The notes below the pieces were generated by a model, which saw only the letters and a program-made list of their open reading frames with translations, had not been told where the DNA came from and did not search any database. A program made the position numbers and the translations under genes. A stretch of DNA of 64,000 bases from Trichosphaerium sp. ATCC 40318 (taxonomy: Eukaryota > Protista > Tubulinea): the NCBI GenBank assembly GCA_038496445.1, contig JALMLS010000585.1:310001-374000 (forward strand). The letters are read 5' to 3'. Shown here piece by piece: positions 38,479 to 51,921 of the stretch (its first letter is position 1; the number at the start of each line of letters is the position of its first letter).

Positions 38479-39009
38479 TTTAAGGCCTGTGTAAAAAATA
38501 TAAATAAAATCACAATGTAAATAAAAACAGTTTTCTGTTCTTTGAGTTTCAGGATTTTGTAGAACACTGTACCTATGTTTTAATCAATTATTGAACTCGT
38601 TGTGCGCATAAAGCGCACTAAGTCATCGCCACGCGCGTGTTCACAACTAGCGCTTGAAACAGACCCGGGAAAATCAAATCCGGTTTAGGCAATGTCTATA
38701 TGCTAGTGAACGTGCTGACACTTACAACTGGTAGAAAGCGTATGTAATGTCTAGGAAAGTAGCATATAACTCCAAGGAGCGCTGATCTATTACTATAGTT
38801 ACATGACGCTATGTGTAAGGTCCACTGTAGAAAAGGAAAGTTTACAATAAAAAAAACCCTCGTACCTCTCAGCAATAGTAGTGACTACGAATGTGATCAG
38901 GTGCACTGCTAAGAATGCAAAATATCGCTCTTTAATATGAACAGACGCATCGCCGTGCAAAAATTTACACAAGGCATGCCTATCACGTGGTGTAGACAAT
39001 CTTAGCTTT

Positions 39010-39263
39010 AAAAAAGCCAGCGGCTACTTGGACAATTGGCAGGTCAATTGTTCCGCCAATTGCTCACTCACAGTACTAGTGATAAACGATCGCATAGACG
39101 CAGGTCCTTGTAGTTTTGCTGTGTTCGTATCCAATCAAGCCGGATAAGGGTTTACCAACGCTACATGAAGAGCGTGCAGCTACATGCAGTAACAATCTCC
39201 AGCAACAGATAACCTGTGCCTTGGAGTTATGTTGTTGCGACAAAACATAACGTCAGCAAGTAG
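39010..39263 (-). ncRNA. Candidate ~250-nt structured RNA Pol III-type transcript (telomerase-RNA-like candidate)
   Basis: TATAAA (minus) 26 nt upstream; 7-bp closing helix 39257-39263/39024-39030; at least 6 internal hairpins; T6 run (minus) at 39010-39015; no supported ORF. Confidence 0.5.
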
Positions 39264-40091
39264 AAAGAGGTTCGAAGAGCTTCTTTATATTTGGTAGTAT
39301 ACAACCTCCACGTAGAGACATCAAATAGTACTTTTGCAAACTCACAGCGACTTTTTTTCATGAAAAAAAAACACAACAAATACAAACATAGCAAGGCATT
39401 TATTTTCTGTACTGTCAATCGTGTGCACCACCTATAAAGTCATGACCATACGGAGTGCGGGCATAAAATACAAATATTGTAGGGTATCCTTTCCGTCTTG
39501 TGTATGCAGATGCCATAACCCTCTCTCGTTTGACTTTATGATACATATTTACATGGTATATTGGATCATAAGTCCTAGTTACGGGAGGAAACTCCTTGTG
39601 TTCTAGATGCCAATGAAACTTCCCTAGTGAGAACCATTATTTAGATAACTATCTTAGGATGTATGTAGTTTCTTTTCGATTAGGTGATGTTTAGAAACAA
39701 ACAGAACAAAAAAGTCAAACCTAAACTTATATTTGTTTATAGTCGGTCACGTGCCATCAACGAGTTTGTTTGTACAACTCTTGAGGGATAAAGTGTTTGT
39801 AGTCGTTTTGGGTATCTCTTCTTTAATAGCTACTGCAGATGTTCGAGCGCGCCTAGACATGTATGATACGTTGTTGCTCTTGTTGGCAGTTTTATACAAA
39901 AAGTATTGAAGTTTTTTTTGCGGTTTTGGCCTATGCAGTTTCTTACAATGTGACTACAAGGTTATAAGCAGGTTACTTATATGTACAACAGCAGTTTTTG
40001 ACCGAAAACTGAACAAAAAAATCGTGCACGTGGCATAAGCGGGATCTGTATTTCCCCGACAAGTTTAAAATACATTGAGTTGTTTATTTAC

Positions 40092-41453
40092 TTAGTATAC
40101 TGTATCAAGTATGTTTGTACTTTTTTTTGCTTTAAATAATCTCTCTGTGTACCGTCGAAGCCACCTAAAAAAGAGTAGGTGATTATACATTACAGAAACA
40201 TAATTAGTGCTTCCCAAAAGAAAAAACAAGGTTCTAAACGAGCTCGTCATCAATCGAAAAAAAAAAAATCGGATATCTTTCTTTCTCGTACGCCTGACGT
40301 TTTAGCATCCTCTCTTTCTTGAAGTTTTCAGGTTCTGAGGGTAAACTTGGATGAAGTACATGCAATGCTTGTGGAAGCAACCCTATTAAACCATGTGCAC
40401 CAAAGTTACGAAGAATATGAGAGCGAGGAAGATGATACCTATTAAAACAAAGTCAATAAAGACAGAACTAAAGTTCGTACCACATTTCTGGTTCTGTAAT
40501 ACTCAATTTCTTTTCTACTGCCCTTAGGAACGTCACTTGATTCCATGGAAGCTTCCAGAACCCAGACGGAACGCTTCTACGCACGTGGTTAATAAGTAGA
40601 AAGAAAATATCAACAGAAATAAGTTGTTTACCTAAACCGCCAGATTTGCCAATTAAACTCTGGGAATACGATTACTAGTGCTTTTGCAAGCGAGTCACCA
40701 TACCTAGCAATAAATCTCAATAATCTAACGTGAAGTATTTGATGTATTATTACGTAAGCATTAGTGCACGTCCTTTTGGTTGCTGTGATACATAACTCGA
40801 AGAAACACTGTACCAATCTTCAAATGTCTTAATATTTATTTGTTCTGCTACACAATTGAACTGCTTTCTATGTGGTTGTGTCATCTCTGTCAACCAAGTA
40901 TCCCACTTACGTAATTGATCTATATAGGTTAACACAATTAGAGAGTTGGTAGGTAAGAGAGAAATGGGAAAAAGCCAATTCAATAGTTTTTGATTTGTCA
41001 CCTTCTGATTGGGTTGAAAGTACGTTTGAAGTCCAGTTATGAGATGGATATAGCGTCTTTAGACCTTGGACGAAGGATCCGTATCTTCAGCAGCCTGTTA
41101 GCGATGAAAGTTTTTTTTGGGATTATGCATGGGTTTTTTACCTTCTAGTTATACTATTACCTGTAACAAATGCGATGGTGTTACAAACAGCATGTTGCCA
41201 TTCGTCTAAGTTCTCCAGGCGCAATTTCGTTCCTAACCGATCTACAAATTGCTTTTGATACTCAATAACGTGCTTCGATGGTTTTTTAACACATTTGGTA
41301 CGCTTTTTGTCTCTTTTTTGTACACCTGCGTAATTACCACTCAGTACGCAAAAAACGTTCGACAGTACCGCTATTCTCGGAGGGTTTGTAACGGATGTTA
41401 AAAACAGGCAATCTACGAGCTTGACAATCTCTGGTTAGTGTAGCAGCACGCAT
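40092..41453 (-). CDS. Protist helical-repeat protein (DWYxV...YGxSLxxALxxxFPExxW..WxF..PxGFW repeats), possibly mitochondrial
   Basis: Three spliced repeats (LDEWQH..YGSFVQGLKTLYPSHNW; FEDWYSV..YGDSLAKALVIVFPEFNWQIWRF..VPSGFW; PEMWYHL..LPQALHVLHP). Arg-rich N-terminus MRAATLTRDCQARRLP. Confidence 0.7.
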
Positions 41454-41633
41454 ACACAATTGAAGGGTTATTGAAGTACTCAAACGGCATTTATCATGGG
41501 TACAGTTCACCTTGGGAGCTCACTTGCACTTAACAAAGTAAAGGCGGCTTAAAATAAGAGCGTTTTATAGGCTTTGTACAGATATACATTTTTTTAGTGC
41601 TACAATAAGCAAGCGGCACTTATTGATGGGTTT

Positions 41634-42091
41634 TTAAAGAGCTGATCGATGTGTTGGTGTATTTTTGGGCGCAAATTCTAACACCAAAAAGCCGGAGTCT
41701 TTGTTCGTGTTTTTGTTGTGAGAGTTCTGTACAGCTACTCCTATGTCCATTTGATACGTATGCTGCGTTGTACCATCTCCAGTATTGCTTCTACTGTTTA
41801 ATTGTAGATTTTGCGAATACATACCTAGCGCTAGCTGTCAGTGGAAAAACTTGAAATGTTTTTTTTTGTTTTGGTTTTTTCACAAAAGACACGTGATTTC
41901 CATCGTGTTGGTAAACTTTTCGGTAATTTACCTTGTTGGTTAGGATATGTATGCATAACGAGACGTCTTGTATTCGTTTTTGAAGGCCACCGTCTCACGT
42001 GACGTTTCTGTTTTTTGCTTGTTTGTTGGTTTGTAGCAGGTGAAGGTGAAAGGAGTTGGTCTACTGCAATGCGTGAGCAAGAGGTTGTCAT
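41634..42091 (-). CDS. Small unknown protein B (2 exons), homologue of 38015-38478
   Basis: MTTSCSRIAVDQLLSPSP...; phase-1 intron; ...YQMDIGVAVQNSHNKNTNKDSGFLVLEFAP... Confidence 0.65.
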
Positions 42092-42920
42092 GTTGGTGTT
42101 AACGTGTAGGTTATGTTGTCTTTTGGTTGCTAACAACATTATCGTGCACAGTGAGTACTCCGAAGTACCAAAAGGAGCAAGTACTGACAGAGAGCAAATA
42201 GCTGTACTATTCTCTCAACAGCACCCGGCACACTAGCGGAGTTGTTTTTTGAGCAGTTTTAGGAGCCCGCTAGCTGATATGACATTATATGTGGTACATA
42301 AGCATATATGTTGAGATATGAGGAGCGCATTAGTATAGGCTCTCAATTTTTGATTGAAAAAAGTACAAAACATCCCGTGATATACATTTGTGTCTTTTTT
42401 CTACACTCCACGGAGATCATGAGATACTACACGGTGTGGTACATCTAAACTACAATAGTCGAGACATTATTTGATAAATAAGGTATACTTTTTCAGCCAC
42501 TATAGCGTTATAGTACACAGTGTTCGGATAATGTACTGGAGATTGTTTTTGGTTTTTGACGGATTCGATTACATTTGTTTTAGATCTAAGTATCACTCCT
42601 GGTCAGGACATACAGTAAACAAAAGCATCATATCTAGTCATTCAAAACGGTGGTATGACATCAATTCTTATAAGCTACTAGTAACCTATGATACAATATT
42701 AAGTCATCATCTAATCAACAAATAGCCGAGCAATGAAAAACCATCATTGTGGTTTGATGCGATGCTAGGTATCACTATTGCTATATTGCTATTCACTCCT
42801 ATCTTTAGATTTAGTATAACAGCCAAAACCTTCATAGTACACCACAAAGGTCAATGAAAGTAAGAAAGGAAATTCACTTTTTTCGCGGGTTTTTTACTTT
42901 ACACTTTGCGCGCTTTATCA

Positions 42921-45900
42921 ATGACTGCAAAAGAAACACTGAATGCTCTATGGCTACTATCAGAAGAATATGCGAGCGCTGGTAACATCAGAAATGCTAT
43001 TTTATGTTTGGAGGCTGTAGTACAACAAAATTTGGCTAAAAGCCCAGAAGAAGAAGCGACTACGCGTTTAAGGCTAGCCAGCATATTAATCTCGTATACT
43101 GAAAATTTGGACGTTGCGCTGACGCATTTAAATAAAGCAGTACGTTTTTAGCCCTTAATCATTACTAAAGCATTTTAGACGATATTGTTAAGCAGTGTAA
43201 GTTGACAGAACGTTTAAAAACTCCACAAGTACCCAAAAAAACCACCAGTGCTCATAAAACCCTAGGCGACTACGTCCCATGAAATGAAACTGAAGCTCCA
43301 TTACTTTTACACAATGATCTACGAAACTACAGAACAAACGCCAAAACTCATTGTATCCGTTACAAAAGGGCTAGAAATAGCGAAATCTAGGTAAGAGCAG
43401 TTTGACATTTCAAATTTGAAGCGAAAGCGCATTTCCCGCGTATCCAACAAAAAATGGCGTAAGCTAATTGCTTGCGTAGTGATATGTTCATCAACTGGTA
43501 TTATCATTTCCAAATGAAGCACTCAATGCTAAACGCTTCAAAATCACCAGAAGAAGCATTAAATGGTCTAGAAGACGCTATACAATTGGCTTCTTCACGA
43601 AACAATACTGATATGGAGGTAAGAGGCATTTTTTATCGAATCAAATCTAAAATCATTTTGACGTCTTGTTTTGGTTCACTGAACTCATTTTGACACATTG
43701 AATGTGTAAAAATTTTTTTCAATGTGTCACCCTTGTGTCACCAGTTGAGTTTGAAGGAGTTTTTTATTTTATTCTTTCTTGTTGCATTGCGCTTAAACAT
43801 ATGCATGATCTTTTTTGAAGGCGTAAGCTTATGTTCAATAGATTTTATTCAGTTTGTCGAAAGTCCAACTTTATCTTCGTATTAACAACATGGAACAAGC
43901 GCATATTCATCTTTTACCGCTTGAACAGAAGCTCAAAGACTTTGAACAATCTACATTAAACTCGCAAGGAGATGATATTCAAATGATACACCTTACATCA
44001 CCTGTTAAATCACCTAACTTTCATAAAAGACAAAAACACGATAAAGTACTTTGGCTATTTTTTCCTTTGTGAATTTTAGATTTCAAGCTAATACTATTTT
44101 AGATCATATCTGACTTGTATATACAACTCTATACCATTACAGCTTGTTATTTATTACAGTTAGCAGAGTATAAACGCGCAATGGTAACGATAGACAAGCT
44201 ACAACATCAGCTATACGCCATACAAGATAGTCACGATAAACGTAATATTTTTGATTGGATTCCTGGCACAGCAACTCGTGCATGTACTTATCTTCTATTT
44301 GTCCTATGTAATAGTACATTTGGTAATCTAGAGGCAGTAACCGAGCTTTGTGCGAAAGGTCTTAAAGTTACATCACGTACGTTTTGCAAAAAAACCCTTA
44401 CAAAAAAGACACTAAAACACGTGGTTTTGTCGCTTTCCGTTACTTCTTACTCACTGATGATTTCAAATCAGGTTGGTTAAACAGTACTTATATGTGGACA
44501 TCCGATGGATCACCAAAACCGGCCTATAAAGCTCAAATAAACCTAATGTTACAGATGCAATTTTACCTTTTGGAAAATAGAACATATGTTTCTATAACAG
44601 TAGGCCAATTCGTTGGAGCTGTATCAGTACGTTGAATAGCCACCTTGTATATTATATTGCCTCTTTTTTCTTTCTTATTGTTATCTCTATTAGCTCGCTG
44701 GTCAAATGAAACAAATGTATCAACGTTATAGTTCACAAGGAGCTTTTAGTTTTTCACACAGAGCATCATTGAATGTTATCATGGCCACACTCTGTCAAGT
44801 ACTTACAACTAATGTGACGACTGTTTCTCTATTTAATGTTGCTTATAGGCTACTGGTTATCGTGATCAAGCAATACAACATTATAAAGCTGCTCTGGGTT
44901 TACTTCAAAATAACCAAGATGATAAATTTTATCAAGTAGTTGTTTTTCTTTGTTTGGCTTATATCAACGGGAATAATCCTGAAGGAACAGTACGCTTGAT
45001 TTCAAATATACTATTTATCATCGCACATGCCTTTATTTTCTTTAAATTATTGTCCACGCAATAGCTTGTCGTCAACGATGAGTGCTAAGCAATACTTTAA
45101 AGTTCTAACTTTTTTTTGAAGAACGATGCTCATGTTCTTTTGAATAATTTCGTTGATGCTATGAATAAATCAGATAACAAGCTTGTGAGAGCACTCATAC
45201 TCTTTGTTCAAAGCGCACTATGCCAAAGACAAGGTGATATGAACACAGCTAGGTACAATAAAAAATGAAAACCAAAACTCCCAAGCTTCTTTTTTTACTG
45301 CTGTGCTCTTTAACTTACTCTTTCAAAAGGGAACACCTTCAATCATGTTTGGGTATATCAAACGGATCACTAGCACATACACACATAACGGCAATGGCTC
45401 TTAATATACTAGGAAGTACCTTTTTAAAACAAAACTTCAATTTAGAACAAAGTCAGCAAGTTCTTAAATCAGCTTTGGGTCTCGCTCATAGATCCGGAGA
45501 TCTCAATACAAAGCTTTTATCATTGCAATTACTATCAGGTAACGTTTTTATTAATAGTACTATTATAATAGTATAACCCTCCATCCAATTGCAGTCAAGT
45601 TAAGCAACTAAACTTACTTCCGAAAAGTCTTTTTATTAGAGGATTTCATCTTTTATCTTGTATAGCAGTGCTTTACTGTACCTCAATTCGCCTTCAAGTA
45701 CTCTTGATAGCATATAAATGACTGGTACAGTAATTATCGTTGTTTAACTTGAGTGCACTGGACATTATACGACTGTGACTAATCAAGTTTTTTAGCTTTA
45801 TACACAAGGAATAATGATTCTCTTAACCAGACTTATAACATGAGCTATCTTAATCAAACAGTTGATGTTATGGGTTCTTCTTTAAAGAACTTTAAAGATG

Positions 45901-45950
45901 CTAATGTTATACGTTTTCTTGAAGATGTACAACTAAATAAAGTCAACTGA
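42921..45950 (+). CDS. MAU2: Cohesin loader subunit MAU2/Scc4 (TPR-like)
   Basis: N-terminus ALWLLSEEY...IRNAILCLEAV...EEATTRLRLASILISYTENLDVALTHLNKA matches the MAU2 signature as I recall it; C-terminal helical exons (ITAMALNILGSTFL...LKSALGLAHRSGD); stop TGA at 45950. Confidence 0.85.
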
Positions 45951-46747
45951 AAAGGTTGATTAGAATACCAATATTTTCGTTTTTGTACACTAATAAATTT
46001 CAAAAAAAAGTGTCATTGTACCTGCTTGAGAGTACAGACAAAGCAGGGGATTAAATCTAAGTACTATTCTTGGGTTCCTCTTTGACGTTTTTGAATAGAT
46101 ATAACAATACTTCAACTGCGGCATCCATAACAAAAGGACAGTCTCTGATTTTATAAAGAAAAACTTAATATTTACAAAAAAGAACATGTTCATCGTTTTC
46201 TAAGCCATACCAAATATGATTCCACAATGCACTTTGTAACAATCCACTAGTGAATTAACAATAAATGACATTGCACGTTCATTAACAGCCGTCAATTTTG
46301 GCGTAGATATTTTTTATCTGCAATTAATTGTTCCTTTAACAGTAGCTTCCACACGCCCTGAACAAAAGTGAAATACAAAGTAATGCTTCTCTCTGAATGA
46401 CACCAGATGCCTTCGAGATTACGTTATGCGTATTTTATAAACCATTCCCAGTACATCGTTTTTGATTCCAAAAAAGCTCTTACAAGCTCTATTTGAAGAA
46501 TGTTTGTAGCTGAGCGCTTTGCAGTTTACTAGCGCGTTCAGTGTTTTATCGTTAAATGAGTATTTCTGTCAGTTTTTCCGTCGTTGAGTAATATTATAGT
46601 ACTAAAGGCGAAAAGCAAAAAAAAGTCAAAACACCTTCATAACACCACAAAAGGCAGCAAGTCGTAGCTTTAGCTGTGCGTTTACTCTTCCAAAGTATAT
46701 AAGCGCTCAACTAGCTTGGAAACACAACAAGCCTTCAACTCACAAAA

Positions 46748-49700
46748 ATGCACTCCACAGTAGCACAACTCGCTACATTATGTTTTCTATGCTCAGTAGC
46801 GCTTGGTTTTAATCCGCTTGATTTTACCAACACCGTTTTGATGACAAACGATCCTAGACAGAGCGTACGTATTTTAAACACTAGTTTAATACGGTGATTA
46901 CCAAACTAGTCGCAAACTTCCTCTTCGTACCATTCCATAATTTTTGTTAAAAACAAGCGCTAGGGACGTTATGTGGTTCACTTGGGCTATCGTTGGGCAA
47001 CACAGGAGCTGTCAATCCATTACACGGCGCCTACGGCTGGTATAAACGGCCAACGCAACAACTTTGCCTACGCTAAAGTACGCGTTGCTACTACCAGTGA
47101 TATCTATTCAAATTCGTTAAAAACGCCTAAAACGGATTAACACCTTATTTATGCCATGTGTTGCGCTCAATCTTACCGCCTTCTAGCGCCTGAGGTTCAA
47201 ACAAAAACAAACTGGAGAATGCGAAACATTAGATCTAACAGATCCAATGCCTCACCTTCACATTGATCATACTTGGACTCAAGGTTCGTGTTTACTTGAA
47301 AAGCGACTTTTAAAGTATTGAAGCCATTTACAGAAAAATTATAATTTCCATGCCATTTTGTCTAATTTTGGTAAAACAGGAGCTTGGGAGCACTTTAGTA
47401 CCATAATATGGGGTACACAAGTAAACTATCATTGTCATAAGTTCACCAGACACGCCACTGGCCGCCAAACAGTTGCAATATGGAGAGACGGTCATTTTAA
47501 GCCTTGCAAGTACGTTGACAACATTTAAAAGAAAGGCCTTGTGTAAGCTGACGTGTATTTTTTTTAATATAGGGCTGTTTTTGCTGATGGTACTACAATG
47601 CATTTCCATCCTCATGCCGGTCAATGGAGTCATACAAACTATGCTGGTCTTCAACATATACAAAATGCTTTTAATATACCACCTAATTGTGCATGTGTAA
47701 AACCTGTCGACTTTGTCTTTGGTACGTGTTTATCTTTGTTTTTTCTTATTATTTTTTTGCGCACCCTTTTGGTTCAAAGTGTACCTCTAGCACAACAGCG
47801 AATTACATTATTTTTTTTAAATGAAATTCTGCTTTTTGCTGGAAGTTAAAAAGGTATCACGTGGCCTGAGAACGAAAACGATTTTTCTTTTTTTTTTTTG
47901 AAGCAGGCGGTTACTTACTTGTGTATAAGTTCTTGATAGATCTGGTTCTATGGGCCATAATTTAAAAGGAGATTTGAAAAAGCATACCTGTGAACTTTCA
48001 ACAACTGACCAGAGAACAAATACAAACTGTTTCAAGCATGTGACTCTTTGGGCGCAAAAAATCATAAACGCCTTGGACCTTGCTGGATCAAATTCACGTG
48101 TTGGTACGAAATATGTTATTGCGTATGCTCTTTGTTTAGGGTTTTACTATCTAAGCCATCAGGCTTCCTTGTTTTATTAGGTTTCCATTGTGACAACAAT
48201 TAGTTTTCATCTTTGTACTCTTTTGATTATTTATATGTTTATTAAGGTCTTGTTACGTATGCAAAATCAGCAAGGCATGATTTGGGACTAACTGGTGATA
48301 AGAATGCTCTGAACGCGAAGCTTAATGAAATGCTTCGTGATAGTGACTCCATCCCTGATGGTATTTATTTTTTGTCTGAAAACAATCGAACAGTCGTTTT
48401 ATGTCATGCAAACCCACGTGATTTTTTACTTATTGTCTATTTTTATAGGTGATACATGTATTGGATGTGGTATACACTTCGGGCGTAGTATGTTTCACGC
48501 AAGTAACCGTGGTGCTGCTGTCAATAAAATTATGGTTGTTCTAACAGATGGTTGGTCTACTACAGATAAGCCACCTACTAGAACGGAAGCTCGTACGTTT
48601 GGTTTTCTTAGGCATAAAACACGTGACAATTTGAACTTACTATTAATGTTCTTCTTACTTACTGTTCTTATTATAGCTATTGCTAGAGGTGAAGGTATCG
48701 AGCTTTATGCTGTTGGTATTGGAGGTTATAAAAACCAAGATAAAGAGTTAAATCTCATCACTGGGCAGGAGCATGTCGTTGCAAGAAAATCAGTTGTAAA
48801 CGATGCTGTCCGTTTAAATGACTTAGCTGCTAGACTTACTAAAACTTTTACATGTCCAAGTACGTCATAAACGCTGATTGTTGTTTATCGATTAGAATTC
48901 TGTCAGTTTATATTGATTTTTATTTTTTTAGAGACGCCGCCTTGTACTTGTAAGGGATTTTGTCTTTTTGGTGGCACATGTAAATGTCCTACTGATTGTA
49001 CAGATGAAAATATGTGCACTCAAGATATTTGTACTAACGATAATGTTGGTTGTGTTAATCCAGCAATTCCGATGGGAGCAGGTAAAGTGTTTGTACTTTT
49101 CTAAAGAAGCACTTTTTTTGACTAAGTTTTGTTTCCTTGCAGGAATATCATTTTGCAATGATAACAGCGTATGTACATTCGACCAATGTATAGATCCACC
49201 TGGTGCAAAAAATACACCAGATGGTACCCAGTGCCGTCATCCTTCAGCAATAGGTACCCAGTTGTTTTTATTTCGTCAATTTTCTTTTTTGGATTTTTTT
49301 ATTCCACTTTTGTTCTTCGTTTATTCTTTTCTCTAACTTCGTTCTTAGCTGCTCATAATTGTGATGATCGTAATGATTGCACTGATGATAGTTGTCATCC
49401 AGTACACGGATGTCAGCATACGCCACATAACCATCTATGCGTTGATAAAAACGCTTGCACACAGACATCATGCGCAAACAGCGGACACCCTCATGGCACA
49501 GCTTCAATGCCTTATCCTGGGTGTTACGTGACTAGTACAAGTGGCGATTGTCATAAATGTGAGGCTGACATTTTGGGCAATGGTGTCAAAGTTCCTTTAA
49601 GCTGTGATTTGAACAATGGAAACAACATTGTACGTTAACTACACGTCTTGTTTGTTTTTCGTCTTCTTCCTTAAAAAAGAAAAAAAACTCAGAAATCTGC

Positions 49701-51730
49701 TTTTCTGGCACGTGTTACGTTAGTAACTCAGGAGAACCTATCAACTATTTTTTCCGTCCTCTTCGAACTTTGTTAACCCAATTACTAGTGCGCTGGTAGA
49801 GCTCTCCCATTCGGTACTGCTACACCAGCTTCACCTCATGCTTGCGCGGATAAATGTCAGGTTTACACTTGCAACCCAGCAACAGGCACTTGTACTGGTA
49901 AACCTATAGTATGTAGTGGTACACATGAGTGCGGTGGACAAAAATGTGTTAACGGAAAGTGTTCATTTATAACTGATCACAATGCTTGTAATGATGACGA
50001 TATTTGCACAAACGATGTTTGTAATAATGGTAAGTGCAATAACATACCTTTGACTATAAAGGCAATATGTGATGATGGCGATAAGTGTACAATTGATACT
50101 TGTGATAAAGATGCAACTACAATAGGAGCAAGATGTATACATACAAGCAAGGAAGATACTGTTTGTAAACCAAACAACAAAGATCCATGTATGGTAGCAT
50201 ACTGTGATTCTTCTTCAGGTAACTGTGCTGCTAAGCCGAAAGAATGTCCTGCTGCTGACACGTGCGGTGAATACGAATGCGAAGGCGGTCAGTGTAAGTA
50301 CAAGCCTTTTGATAAACCATGTGACGATGATGATATCTGTACTGATGATGTTTGTGATCGTTCACTTGGTTGTATACACACACAAAACTGCAACGACAAT
50401 GATCCGTGTACTATTGACACGTGTAACAGCAAAGCAGAGAATATTGAAGACCGTTGTTCGTATGAGAACAAGAACGAGACTATTTGCTTAACAGACAACC
50501 TATGTGAGTTACCTTCATGTAACCCAAAAACAGGTGAATGTGAAGCAATACCAAAGGCATGTGATGATGAGAATATATGTGGCGGTCATCAATGTAATCC
50601 TGTGGATGGTCTTTGCGAGTTTAGACCAAAAGAACTTCCTTGTGAAGATAATAATATCTGCACTGATGACTTCTGTTATAAGGAAAATGGTACATGTACA
50701 CATGTATTAGATCTTTGTGATGATGGTGATCCGTGTACTATTGATAGCTGTAACAAGAATGCAACATCTGTTGAAGATCGTTGTGTTCATTTGAGCAAAG
50801 TTGAAGAAGTTTGCAATTGGGCTGTTGATGGTAAACCTATTGGACTATGTGAAACACCTAGCTGTAACCCACAGACTGGTGAATGCGAGAATTCGCCTGT
50901 AGAGTGCGGAGGAGATAACTTTTGTTCATCTGGAACGTGTAATGAGAACGATGGTTCTTGTGTTTCTACACTTCTTGATGAAAAACAACTTTGCGATGAT
51001 GGTAATCCTTGTACAGATGATATCTGCGATACACAGTCAAAGGATCCGAAGGACTTTTGTATACACGTTGACAGGGCAGAGACCGAGTGTAGCAAGATAG
51101 AGAATAACTCTAGTTGCCTCATACCGATCTGTAATGTTACAAACGGTGAATGCGGTTTTACAAAACGTGTTTGTCCTGGAAGTTCGGAGCAATGTGAGAT
51201 TCCTTACTGTGATGAAGAGGTTGGCTGTTTAATAGATAATTCTACATGTAGTGGTGTAGTAGGAATAACAGATCCAACAGGGAAGAATAGCAAGACAGCA
51301 ATTTACATAGCAGTACGTCCTCACTTCAACATTTTTTCTTGTTTTTTTCTTGTTTTTTTCGAAATGTTTTCGTTAATTGCACGGCCACAAACAATTGTTT
51401 TTCGAAAATTGTTATGGCCTTGTGTCTCTTTAGTATTATTGTGATACAAAGAGAGGAAAAAACTAGTTTTTGGTGTGATCGTAGGGTCCGACAAACCATT
51501 TTATTTTACTGTCTTGCTTGTCTTTGTTGGTTTTTTTTAAAGTTATTTTTTAGGTACCTATTGCTGTTGTAGTAGCTATTGCTGCTATTGCAGCTGTTGC
51601 TTACTTTGCAGCTGTTAAACCAATGATGGCTGCTCAAGCTGCTACAAACGGTATGACATCAGCTGCTAATAGTCCTTTGTATACGCCGAATGAGATTGGT
51701 GGTACAAGCGGCATATACCAGTCGATGTAG
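46748..51730 (+). CDS. Surface adhesin: signal peptide, vWA (MIDAS) domain, many CDDxxxCTxDxC repeats, TM, NPxY-like tail (integrin-beta/Sib-like)
   Basis: MHSTVAQLATLCFLCSVALG; DFVF-VLDRSGS; GDTCIGCGI; IMVVLTDG; ORF 50050-51444 is made of Dictyostelium ecm-type Cys repeats; TM VPIAVVVAIAAIAAVAYFAAV; tail NSPLY...TSGIY. Confidence 0.82.
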
Positions 51731-51921
51731 CATTTCGGTTCTTGCAAAAGATGAAGGCTTTTTTCTATCAAAAAATTATTGTTACTCTTTCAACAAAATA
51801 AACATGTATTTCAAACCAAGTTTTTTTTCTTTCATATGTACTCAGATGCGAACAATTCTAATCACAAGATTTATTACAAACGTATTTACAAATGTCAAAT
51901 GTCGTAGAAACAATACAAAGT

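Noticed and set aside
39238-39256. ACAAAACATAAC resembling RNase P CR-V just before a closing helix (+ strand)
   Set aside because: No CR-I (GGAAnnUC) partner for P4; the segment pairs locally in a hairpin.
42400-42850. ORF 42471-42725 upstream of MAU2
   Set aside because: No recognisable product or splice pattern.
45990-46560. Possible decayed transposase or gene remnant on the minus strand
   Set aside because: Multiple stops, no DDE motif, no TIR or TSD recognisable.
50050-51250. Periodic repeats that could mimic a CRISPR or satellite array
   Set aside because: Degenerate coding Cys repeats in one open frame; no identical direct repeats with spacers, and the context is eukaryotic.
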